This document shows positions 35,640 to 44,684 of a stretch of 64,000 bases of DNA, piece by piece. Position numbers and translations under genes: made by a program. The notes under the pieces are model-generated. The model made no database searches. It saw nothing but the letters and a program-made list of their open reading frames with translations, and was not told the origin of the DNA. Each line of letters begins with the position of its first letter. The stretch's first letter is position 1. The DNA comes from an uncultured Candidatus Saccharibacteria bacterium (GTDB taxonomy: Bacteria; Patescibacteriota; Minisyncoccia; Phycocordibacterales; PALSA-1337): NCBI GenBank assembly GCA_964600255.1, contig CAZRIX010000002.1:34067-98066 (forward strand). Direction: 5' to 3'.

Positions 35640-36203
35640 ATGAACGAATACAAAGACAAAATATTTTCTTTCTACGAAAGACAGAAACGAATGCCAAGCT
35701 ATGCGGAGATTATGAATCTTCTAGGATTCAAGTCTAAGAATGCAGTCTACAAACTTATAAACAAGCTTATAGACGCGGGCATTCTAGAGAAGGACAGCAC
35801 TGGCAAGTTACTGCCAACCAACTTATTTCAAGAAGTTAAGCTTCTCGGTCTAGTTGAAGCTGGAATACCATCTGTAGCTGATGAGGAAGTTTTGGACACA
35901 ATCAATCTCGACAGTTATCTCGTTAGGAATCGACTAGCCTCATATCTACTCGAAGTTAAAGGAGATTCCATGATTGAAGAGGGAATCCATGAAGGAGATT
36001 TGGTTATAGTAGAGCGAAGAAGTGATGCAAAGGAGGGTGACATAGTAATAGCCGATGTGGATGGAGGTTGGACTATGAAGTACTATAGAAAAAAGGGTAA
36101 TCAAGTCTATCTTGAGCCAGCCAACAAAAAGTATAAGCCTATTTACCCAGAAAATGACCTAAAAGTCGCTGCTATAGTCAAAGGTGTAATCAGGAAATAC
36201 TAA
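35640..36203 (+). CDS. lexA: LexA repressor (S24 peptidase)
   Basis: N-terminal winged HTH plus an S24 domain with the catalytic Ser (GDSM) and Lys (TMKYY). Confidence 0.9.
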   Translation: MNEYKDKIFSFYERQKRMPSYAEIMNLLGFKSKNAVYKLINKLIDAGILEKDSTGKLLPTNLFQEVKLLGLVEAGIPSVADEEVLDTINLDSYLVRNRLASYLLEVKGDSMIEEGIHEGDLVIVERRSDAKEGDIVIADVDGGWTMKYYRKKGNQVYLEPANKKYKPIYPENDLKVAAIVKGVIRKY

Positions 36204-36251
36204 TTTGACTTTTACTTGTAAAAAGGGTGGATTTCGGCTAGAATTGCCGGT

Positions 36252-36794
36252 ATGAATAATTCACATTTTCACACAATACCACAAAACAAAGCACCCGAGA
36301 TTCTTAACCTAATTGTTGAGATAACTCAGGGCGAATCAAACAAGTATGAGTACAACAAGGAGCTTGGAATACTAGAGCTTGATCGTGTACTTTTTGGACC
36401 TATGTTCTATCCAGTAAACTACTGTGATGTACCTTCTACATGGAATGAGGGTGACAATGATCCGCTGGATGCTGTAGTCTTTAGTACATATCCAGTACTA
36501 CCTGGAACTCTTGTTAAGGGTCGTGTTATAGGTGTTATGGAAATGATTGATAACGGAGAGGAAGATTACAAGATCATTACAGTTAACAGTAAGGATCCTA
36601 GATACGCACATATAGACCATGTAGATCAACTAGCTCCATACGAGAGAAAGGATATCCAGACTTTCTTTGAAACATACAAGATACCTCAGACAGGCAAGGA
36701 TACAGTAAAAGTTGGCAAGTTCCTTGGACCAAAGGAAGCTTACGAACACATCAAGAAGGCGATGGATTGCTATAACAAGAAGTTTGGCAAATAA
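36252..36794 (+). CDS. ppa: Inorganic pyrophosphatase
   Basis: Family I PPase motifs (DNDPLDAVV, EYNKELG). Confidence 0.9.
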   Translation: MNNSHFHTIPQNKAPEILNLIVEITQGESNKYEYNKELGILELDRVLFGPMFYPVNYCDVPSTWNEGDNDPLDAVVFSTYPVLPGTLVKGRVIGVMEMIDNGEEDYKIITVNSKDPRYAHIDHVDQLAPYERKDIQTFFETYKIPQTGKDTVKVGKFLGPKEAYEHIKKAMDCYNKKFGK

Positions 36795-37020
36795 TAGCAC
36801 CATCATTTAAGTTAGAGTAAAATTCAAGACCATGGCTGAAGCATTAGAAACAATCAAAGAGGCACTAGGAAAGCTATCATTCTTCATAATGTGGATCGTT
36901 GTTGGTGTCCTAGTACTTCCTTGTGTCTATGTTGCAACCGTCTACTATCCAATGTGGGAAAAGTGGGGTGAAGATTTCTAATTTATTTTGTTTAAGTGCT
37001 TGAAGTGATAGAATACCCTT

Positions 37021-38406
37021 ATGTCGCCAACGATTTTTATTATTCTCGGTATTACTGGAGATCTAGCTGGCAGGAAACTACTTCCTGCGCTTCTTAGTCT
37101 GTATGTTAAAAAAGAGTTACCCAGCAAGTTTGCTATTGTTGGTTTTTCTAGACGTCCTTTGAACCGTGCAGAGTTCCGAGCCTTCATTAGAAGTCATATG
37201 CATATCAAGCCTGGTCAGTTCCACGAAGAGGATGTGAAGCACTTCATAGATCATATGTACTATGAGCAAGGTAATTTCGACACATCGGATTCGTACGCGC
37301 ACCTTTCTCAAAGATTAAAGAGTATTGATGATATTTTTGGTCAATGTTCTAACAAACTTTTCCACCTTTCAACACCACCGTCGCTATACGAATCAATTTT
37401 TACTCAGTTATACAACTCAGGACTAACAATCCCTTGTGGTGGAGATGAGGGTTGGACTAGAATATTGGTTGAGAAGCCTTTTGGGAATGATATTGAAACA
37501 GCAAAGAAGCTCGACAAAAAACTTGGTGGTCTCTTCAAGGAGGACCAGATTTTCCGTATAGATCACTACCTTGCAAAAGAAGCTTTGCAAAATATTCTCG
37601 CATTTCGTTTTGCCAATTCTCTTTTTGAATCACTATGGAACAGAAACCACATAGACAAGATTCATATCAAGCTAATGGAGAAAATAGGTGTAGGGACTCG
37701 AGGATCTTTTTATGACGCTATCGGAGCATTGAAGGATGTGGGACAAAACCACATACTCCAGATGCTAGCCTTGGTTGCTATGGAACCTCCAGCAAAGATG
37801 GATGCTCACTCTATTCGAGAAGAGAGGGCAAAGGTCCTATCTAAACTTCAGCTAGCAAATCCAAAAAATATCTCATCACGTGTTGTTAGAGGACAGTATG
37901 AAGGATATAGATATGAACCTGGAATAAAGGAGCATACACAGACCGAAACTTTTTTCCGTATAGAAGCCTTCATAGACAATCCTAGGTGGAAGAATGTGCC
38001 ATTCTATATCGAAAGTGGCAAAGAAATGTCAGAGCAGAAAACTGAGATCAATATTTATTTTAAGAATGATAAAGACGATAAGACATACGAGGACAGACAG
38101 AACGTACTAACATTCCGTATTCAGCCAGATGAGCTTATAAAAATTGGCTTCTGGGTAAAGACGCCAGGTTTTACAATGGATGTTGAACCAAAAGTTTTAA
38201 AATTCAAATACAGTGACCACCCTTCACACGCTATTCTGCCTGATGCATACGAGAGAGTGCTCTATGATTCAATAATAGGAGATCAGACACTGTTTACCAG
38301 TACGGATGAAGTGCTCCATGCTTGGAAATATATTACTTCTATTATAAACTCATGGAGTTCAGTGCCATTAACAATATACAAAAAAGGTTCACAGGAGGTG
38401 ATATAA
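37021..38406 (+). CDS. zwf: Glucose-6-phosphate 1-dehydrogenase
   Basis: GITGDLAGRKL NADP motif and the RIDHYLAKE active-site motif. Confidence 0.9.
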   Translation: MSPTIFIILGITGDLAGRKLLPALLSLYVKKELPSKFAIVGFSRRPLNRAEFRAFIRSHMHIKPGQFHEEDVKHFIDHMYYEQGNFDTSDSYAHLSQRLKSIDDIFGQCSNKLFHLSTPPSLYESIFTQLYNSGLTIPCGGDEGWTRILVEKPFGNDIETAKKLDKKLGGLFKEDQIFRIDHYLAKEALQNILAFRFANSLFESLWNRNHIDKIHIKLMEKIGVGTRGSFYDAIGALKDVGQNHILQMLALVAMEPPAKMDAHSIREERAKVLSKLQLANPKNISSRVVRGQYEGYRYEPGIKEHTQTETFFRIEAFIDNPRWKNVPFYIESGKEMSEQKTEINIYFKNDKDDKTYEDRQNVLTFRIQPDELIKIGFWVKTPGFTMDVEPKVLKFKYSDHPSHAILPDAYERVLYDSIIGDQTLFTSTDEVLHAWKYITSIINSWSSVPLTIYKKGSQEVI

Positions 38407-38426
38407 TACTTAAATAAAATAAATAT

Positions 38427-38654
38427 ATGTTTCAAAACTTTCTACTTAAGCAAATGTTAAAAAAGCAGATGAAGGATGTGCCTGCAGAGCAACAAGAACA
38501 GATCCTGGCTATGATTGAGAAGAATCCTGATTTCTTTATGAAGGTAGCTCAGGAGGCGCAAGAGAAAATAAAAGGTGGCATGCCACAACAAGAGGCTATG
38601 ATTGCGGTAATGAAGGCGCATGAAGCAGAACTTAGAGAAGTAATGGGTAAGTAG
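38427..38654 (+). CDS. Small hypothetical protein
   Basis: 75 aa, Gln/Lys/Met-rich. Confidence 0.35.
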   Translation: MFQNFLLKQMLKKQMKDVPAEQQEQILAMIEKNPDFFMKVAQEAQEKIKGGMPQQEAMIAVMKAHEAELREVMGK

Positions 38655-38726
38655 CGAGCGAGGAGTGGATAAATGTATTGATGTAAAATCCTAGGTCTGA
38701 TAAGATTTTGTTTGGAAGGAGAAAAC

Positions 38727-38921
38727 ATGAGCTTAAAATATCATCTAGTCATGGGATTCTTTTACGTCGTTCAGCTGGAGCAGCGTTATCCGTCACCGGA
38801 GAACTGGTGTTCGCACCCGAGGGACGGGGACTACATCGAGGATGTCCACCGTTGGAGGGGGATCCCCCATACAGTCTGTGCAGGCGGGATATTCCGACAC
38901 GGTTTTAACAGGGGCCAATAG
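38727..38921 (+). CDS. Small Cys/His/Trp-rich protein (64 aa); GC-rich
   Basis: Strong Shine-Dalgarno sequence (GGAAGGAG) 7 nt upstream of the ATG. A strong terminator follows at 38945-38975 (GCCCGCCGACTCagaGTCGGCGGGC). Confidence 0.35.
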   Translation: MSLKYHLVMGFFYVVQLEQRYPSPENWCSHPRDGDYIEDVHRWRGIPHTVCAGGIFRHGFNRGQ

Positions 38922-39294
38922 CAGGCTCCTGTACAGGTAAGCAAGCCCGCCGACTCAGAGTCGGCGGGCGCTTTACTTGTCAAAATTAATCAAATAGTAA
39001 GACAAAAGGCGCCTGTAGGGGCGCCTTGTTGCGTGTGAAAGAGGTGTCAGATAGACATTCTCAGAAGTTCAAAAAGTGGTACGTAACGCCTATGCGTGAA
39101 GATACTCAGTATTCCGACACCGAGCTCGTAAACAGCAAACGCTACGAAACCAAGCAAGAACAAGAATACGCAGACGAATAGAGCAGCTGCGATTTGAAAT
39201 ACAAACCATAAGGCTTTTAGTGCGTTCATCTCGCAATATACTACCATTTTTCGTCCTCTTTCAAAATACCCAAATATCTGCTATTGTTTTCTTC

Positions 39295-40392
39295 ATGTCA
39301 CTATCAATAGGAATCGTAGGTCTACCAAACGTAGGTAAATCAACACTTTTTAACGCCCTTACCAAGAAGAGTGTTCTTGTCGCTAACTATCCTTTCGCCA
39401 CAATAGACCCTTCTGTGGGCGTTGTGGCAGTTCCTGACGAGCGTCTTTGGAAGCTTTCTGATTTTTCTAAAACTCAAAAAACTGTTCCTGCAGTAGTCGA
39501 ATTCGTAGACATTGCTGGTCTAGTAAAAGGTGCATCTGATGGCGAAGGTCTCGGTAACCAATTCCTTACAAATATTCGTGAGACTGACGCTATCGCTGAA
39601 GTGGTGCGTATTTTCGAAGACGACAACATCATTCACGTCGATGGTAAGGTTAATCCAATCAAAGACATTGAGGTTATTAACCTCGAACTCATTCTCGCTG
39701 ATCTTCAAACCGTTACGAAGCGTCTTTCAAATCTTGGAAGAGAAGTTAAATCTGGCCGCAAGGAGGCTATTTTGGAAAATGGTCTATTAGAAAAAATAAA
39801 GGTTGCATTGGAAGCCGGTAAACTTGCATCAAGTGTTGTTCCTGATGAATTCGAAGCTCCTTTTGTGAAGTCACTTCATCTTCTAACTTCAAAGCCTTTT
39901 ATGTATATTCTAAACAAAAAATCTGGCGGCAAGAATCTAGATGAATTAAAGGATGCACGCTGGGATGCTCTCATGTCTTTCTTTAAGGAGAATAACGCTA
40001 AATGGGTAGTAGTTGATGCAGGAATCGAACATGAATTAAAAGATATTGATGACAAAGATAAAAAGGAACTACGCGAAGGCCTAGGTGCCAATGACGATGG
40101 CATAGATAATTTGATAAAAAAAGGTTATGAACTTCTAAACCTTATGACTTATTTCACTACGGGTGAAAAGGAAACTCGTGCTTGGACAATAGGTAGAGGT
40201 TGGAAGGCACCAAAAGCAGGAACAGCTATTCACGGAGATTTCGAGGAGAAGTTTATCAAAGCAGAAGTAATAGAATGGGACAAACTAATAGAGTCAGGAT
40301 CATTTGCAAACGCACGTGAGAAGGGACTTTTGAGAACAGAAGGAAAGGAGTATGTCGTGCAGGATGGAGATGTGATGGAGTTTAAAATCTAA
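39295..40392 (+). CDS. ychF: Ribosome-binding ATPase YchF (Obg-family GTPase)
   Basis: [20 protein letters not shown]1 motif, the TGS domain and the C-terminal (DGDVMEFKI). Confidence 0.9.
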   Translation: MSLSIGIVGLPNVGKSTLFNALTKKSVLVANYPFATIDPSVGVVAVPDERLWKLSDFSKTQKTVPAVVEFVDIAGLVKGASDGEGLGNQFLTNIRETDAIAEVVRIFEDDNIIHVDGKVNPIKDIEVINLELILADLQTVTKRLSNLGREVKSGRKEAILENGLLEKIKVALEAGKLASSVVPDEFEAPFVKSLHLLTSKPFMYILNKKSGGKNLDELKDARWDALMSFFKENNAKWVVVDAGIEHELKDIDDKDKKELREGLGANDDGIDNLIKKGYELLNLMTYFTTGEKETRAWTIGRGWKAPKAGTAIHGDFEEKFIKAEVIEWDKLIESGSFANAREKGLLRTEGKEYVVQDGDVMEFKI

Positions 40393-41321
40393 ACAAAATA
40401 TGTTCCAATCATTATTAGAGTAATGGCAACTATTTTTTGTGCTAAATGCTTTTTAGAAAGAGATTCGATAGATATTTGGGGGAAAAATAATGTTAGGATA
40501 ACTCCAATAACAAGCACGAATACTGGTTGAAATGCTCCAGCAAGCAGCACAAGAGCCACTGGGGCTAGCAAAGTTGCATAACCTACGCATCCATCAGCGA
40601 GAATACTGAGTGTCTCATTAAATGAACTTAGCGACAGAACGCTAATCTTATTACTCCTTAAAACATTCAAAAACTGATTCCTGTACACAGGTACAAATAG
40701 TAGGAATATGCCTCCGAGCACCACTTTTCCAAGCAAAGACCAGAACGTAGATAGCCAGAATCCCTCATCTATAGCAACTAGTTTAAACAAAACTGTGCTT
40801 ATAGCATACAACATTGAGGCGGTTAGCATATAAAGTACAACTTTGCCTTTGAAACGAATTTCGCTTACACCAAGATCAAACGATAGCACCACAGCTCCTG
40901 CAATAATCACCAGAGAAGCCACAGTTTGAGTTAATGTTATACTTTCTCCTAAAATAAAATAACCGAGAATAAATCCGAATATTGGAACTGTTTGATAGAA
41001 AGGCACTACGTTAGTTGCTTCGTCCTCAGATAGCGCATACAAATACAAAAGAATCGCAACAACCGTCATCATACCGGTAATAGCCAAGACCACACCTTGC
41101 AATACTGTTACAGAGAACACGGCAGGGTACATAAAATAAACAATGGGTAGAGCGAAGATACTGAAAATTGCTGAGAAAATGATTAGTGATCCAACCTCAC
41201 CACCCTTGAGGTACTTGGATATCAGGTACTTATCAAGATGATTCGTTGATGCGTAGAATAGGGAACCTAGAATTGCAATAATTAACCAGCTCATGGGAAG
41301 TATAGTAGCATACAAATACAT
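40389..41321 (-). CDS. EamA/DMT-family transporter (10 TM)
   Basis: Two EamA-like repeats of hydrophobic helices. Confidence 0.75.
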   Translation of the reverse strand: MYLYATILPMSWLIIAILGSLFYASTNHLDKYLISKYLKGGEVGSLIIFSAIFSIFALPIVYFMYPAVFSVTVLQGVVLAITGMMTVVAILLYLYALSEDEATNVVPFYQTVPIFGFILGYFILGESITLTQTVASLVIIAGAVVLSFDLGVSEIRFKGKVVLYMLTASMLYAISTVLFKLVAIDEGFWLSTFWSLLGKVVLGGIFLLFVPVYRNQFLNVLRSNKISVLSLSSFNETLSILADGCVGYATLLAPVALVLLAGAFQPVFVLVIGVILTLFFPQISIESLSKKHLAQKIVAITLIMIGTYFV

Positions 41322-41339
41322 CGTGAGTCTAAAATATAT

Positions 41340-41500
41340 TCCCCTGGATGCGCAACAAGGGACCCGAAGACACGGGGTCTAAGGGTCCCTACAACCAATG
41401 CCGTGGGCATTCTTAACCAGGTGGTCCCGGTGTCGATGCGCCTTTCGTTCGCCACTACTCAGCGCAGTAGGTTGCATAGCCAGCTTATCAAAACTTTACA
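41340..41500 (+). other. GC-rich hairpin-dense non-coding segment (candidate structured RNA, unidentified)
   Basis: Nested stems GGGACCC-ga-AGAC-acggg-GTCT-aa-GGGTCCC, ATGCCgtggGCAT and CTACTcagcgcAGTAG. No convincing ORF. Confidence 0.25.
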
Positions 41501-41519
41501 ATCCCAGACATATGGTCAA

Positions 41520-41738
41520 ATATATACAAGTGTGGTATAGTATGGCAAATGAAAAAACGCTCTTTTCGGATCCTGCAACATCTCGGCAGACACACTTATA
41601 GTGACAAGCCGGAACGATTCGGTCAGGATATGTTTATGGTGGTGCTCATCATAAGCATCGTATGGGCCTTTCCAAAATAGGCCCGTCAACAAATTCGAGA
41701 AAGCCCCGCGTCTCTTCACGACCGGGGCTTTTTGTTAT
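41520..41738 (+). promoter_or_regulatory. leuS leader: extended -10 promoter (TGGTATAGT) plus a roughly 190-nt leader ending in an intrinsic terminator that abuts the start codon
   Basis: Terminator AAAGCCCCGcgtctcttcacgaCCGGGGCTTTTTG at 41703-41735, with the leuS ATG at 41739. GGUGG-containing segments lie upstream. Confidence 0.4.
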
Positions 41739-44585
41739 ATGATGTCTAATACTATGAATCCATATGATCATACAAAAGTTGAAAAGAAGTGGCAAAAAGT
41801 TTGGGAATCAAAGAAACCAAACAAGGTAAAAGAGGATCCGAAGAAACCCAAATTCTATGCACTCATAGAATTCCCATTTCCATCTGGTGCAGGACTTCAT
41901 GTAGGTCATATCAGAAGTAATACCGCTATGGATATAATTTCCCGTAAGCGAAGAATGGAAGGTTACAATGTTCTATATCCAATCGGTTGGGATGCATTTG
42001 GATTGCCAACAGAAAACTACGCCATCAAGACTGGTATCCAACCCGCAATAGTTACAAAGCAGAATACTGACAATTTCCGTAAGCAACTGAAAGCTCTAGG
42101 ATTTTCTTTTGACTGGTCACGAGAAATAGATACAACAGATCCAAAATACTACAAATGGACGCAGTGGATTTTCCTACAATTTTTGAAAAAAGGATTGGCA
42201 TACAAAAAGAAGATGATTATAAACTGGTGTCCAAAAGACCTTATCGGACTAGCAAACGAGGAGGTGGTCAACGGATGTTGCGATCGCTGTGGAACACAAG
42301 TTGAGAAAAAAGAAAAAGAGCAGTGGATGCTTGCCATTACCAAGTATGCTGACCGTTTGGACAAAGATCTAGATGAGACTGAATTCCTAGAGAAAATAAA
42401 GATCCAACAAAGAAATTGGATTGGAAAGAGTGAGGGTGCAGAGATTAATTTTCCAATAAAAGGTAGTAGTGACAAAATTAAGGTTTATACAACACGTCCA
42501 GATACATTGTTTGGTGTGACTTATGTTGTACTTGCGCCAGAACACCCCTTTGTCCAGGAATATTCAGGCAAAGCAGAGAATACAATAGAGATTGCAAAGT
42601 ATATTAAAGATGTAAAGAGTAAGACCGACATCGAGCGCACAGACACAAAGAAAGAAAAGACTGGGGTTGAATTAAAGGGAATTAAAGCAATTAACCCAAT
42701 TAATAATGAAGAAATACCTGTCTGGGTGGCAGATTATGTACTAGGTGACTACGGAACTGGGGCTGTTATGGCTGTACCTGCACATGACGAAAGGGATTTT
42801 GAATTTGCAAAAAAATATGGGTTGGGTATGAGACATGTTATTGCTCCAAGTCTAATTGATACAACAAACCCACCACAGCAAGGAAAGCAGGATACTTTTA
42901 GAGAAATAATTCTAGCTATAGTTTACGATCCGAGAAACAAGAAGTACTTAACGCTTAAATGGAAAAATCAGCCTTGGACAACTTTTGTGACCGGCGGAAT
43001 TGAAAAGAATGAGAGCGCATTAGAATCGGCAAAGAGAGAAATCCTGGAAGAAACAGGATATAAGAATATAAGACTTGTAAGAAGCCTTGGAATGTCTGAA
43101 TCCTTTTTCTACGCAGCTCACAAGGGAGTGAACAGAAGGGTTCATGTCGAGCACTTTTTATTTGAATTAGTAGACGATGCAAGAGTGGATTTAGGTGAAG
43201 TAGAAAAAGCTAATTATGATGTGCAGTGGCTATCCACTGAGGAAATTTCAAAAACAAAACTACAGCACGTAGAGTTTAATATGCTTTGGAAACGTATTCA
43301 GACAGGGAACGACACCTTTATTGATTCAGGAACTATTGTAAACTCAGGAGATTTTACAGGCAAGAATTCTGAAGAAGCTAAGAAGGCGATGACCCTAGTA
43401 GCCGGTGGCGAATGGGTTACAAAGTTCAAACTCCGCGATTGGGTTTTCTCTCGCCAGCGATATTGGGGTGAACCTATTCCTGTTGTTCACTGTGAAAAAT
43501 GTGGAATAGTTCCACTTCCAGACAAGGAACTTCCTTTGAAACTTCCTAAAGTTAAAAACTATGCACCTACTCAAAACGGTGAGTCTCCGCTTTCAGCTAT
43601 AGATAAGTGGGTAAATACAAAGTGTCCAAATTGTAAAGGTAAAGCAAAAAGAGAAACTGACACTATGCCAAACTGGGCAGGAAGTAGTTGGTACTATTTG
43701 AGATACACTGATGCAAAAAACAAAAAAGTTTTTGCTGATCCAAAGAACTTAAAATACTGGACTCCAGTAGACTGGTACAACGGTGGTATGGAGCATACAA
43801 CACTTCACTTACTGTATTCCCGATTCTGGCACAAATTCCTTTATGATCTTGGTCTAGTACCTACGAAGGAGCCTTACAAGAAGCGTACATCTCACGGTTT
43901 GATACTTGCTGAAGGAGGGGCAAAGATGTCTAAGTCAGTTGGTAATGTAATCAATCCAGATGATTTCGTAAAAACTGTCGGTGCTGACACGTTGAGAATA
44001 CATGAAATGTTTATGGGTCCATTTGATCAAGCTATTGCATGGGACACAAATAGTATTGCCGGCTCAAGAAGATTCATCGAGAGAGTTTGGAAACTTGTAG
44101 AAAAGATTGGTGAAAATAATATTGAAAAGATAGAGGTGGCAACACACAAAACAATAAAAAAAGTAGGTGAAGATATTGAGAAGATGGGATTCAATACTGC
44201 GATCAGTTCAATCATGATTTTATTGAATGATTTGGAGAAGGAAGACAAGATTCCAAAGGAAATTTATGAGACTTTACTCAAAATTTTGGCCCCCTTTGCA
44301 CCCCATGTTACCGAGGAATTATGGTCATTACTAAAGAACAAAGGTTCAGTTCACGCCAACTCATGGCCTCAGTATGATCCATCAAAACTTATAGAGAGTA
44401 CGGTAAGGATAATGATTCAAGTAAACGGGAAGGTTAGGGGGGAGATGAGTATACCAGCCGACACTGCAGATGCCGAGGTTGAGAAAATGGCTCTAAATAT
44501 GGATGAAATAAAAAAGTGGACATTTGACAAAGAAATTAAAAAGGTTATAGTTATTAAAAATAGGCTGGTGAATATCGTGTTTTAG
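41739..44585 (+). CDS. leuS: Leucyl-tRNA synthetase with an inserted NUDIX hydrolase domain
   Basis: Class I HIGH (PSGAGLHVGH) and KMSKS motifs, plus the editing-domain region (AVPAHDERDFEFAKKYGL). Inserted at about 42890-43330 is a domain carrying the NUDIX box GGIEKNESALESAKREILEETGY. Confidence 0.95.
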   Translation: MMSNTMNPYDHTKVEKKWQKVWESKKPNKVKEDPKKPKFYALIEFPFPSGAGLHVGHIRSNTAMDIISRKRRMEGYNVLYPIGWDAFGLPTENYAIKTGIQPAIVTKQNTDNFRKQLKALGFSFDWSREIDTTDPKYYKWTQWIFLQFLKKGLAYKKKMIINWCPKDLIGLANEEVVNGCCDRCGTQVEKKEKEQWMLAITKYADRLDKDLDETEFLEKIKIQQRNWIGKSEGAEINFPIKGSSDKIKVYTTRPDTLFGVTYVVLAPEHPFVQEYSGKAENTIEIAKYIKDVKSKTDIERTDTKKEKTGVELKGIKAINPINNEEIPVWVADYVLGDYGTGAVMAVPAHDERDFEFAKKYGLGMRHVIAPSLIDTTNPPQQGKQDTFREIILAIVYDPRNKKYLTLKWKNQPWTTFVTGGIEKNESALESAKREILEETGYKNIRLVRSLGMSESFFYAAHKGVNRRVHVEHFLFELVDDARVDLGEVEKANYDVQWLSTEEISKTKLQHVEFNMLWKRIQTGNDTFIDSGTIVNSGDFTGKNSEEAKKAMTLVAGGEWVTKFKLRDWVFSRQRYWGEPIPVVHCEKCGIVPLPDKELPLKLPKVKNYAPTQNGESPLSAIDKWVNTKCPNCKGKAKRETDTMPNWAGSSWYYLRYTDAKNKKVFADPKNLKYWTPVDWYNGGMEHTTLHLLYSRFWHKFLYDLGLVPTKEPYKKRTSHGLILAEGGAKMSKSVGNVINPDDFVKTVGADTLRIHEMFMGPFDQAIAWDTNSIAGSRRFIERVWKLVEKIGENNIEKIEVATHKTIKKVGEDIEKMGFNTAISSIMILLNDLEKEDKIPKEIYETLLKILAPFAPHVTEELWSLLKNKGSVHANSWPQYDPSKLIESTVRIMIQVNGKVRGEMSIPADTADAEVEKMALNMDEIKKWTFDKEIKKVIVIKNRLVNIVF

Positions 44586-44684
44586 AGACAGATTGGGGAT
44601 TCGTAGCTAGTGTAAGTTTTCCATAGATTTGACATATTATAAATGATAATGTAGTATCAAGAATACAAAACAAACAAAAATAGC

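Noticed and set aside
41400-41460. SRP (4.5S) RNA, based on ACCAGGUGGUCCCGG resembling the conserved helix-8 5' strand.
   Set aside because: The loop is GGUG rather than GNRA. The 3' strand motif GGAAGCAGCC is absent. The 5' and 3' ends do not pair into the SRP hairpin.
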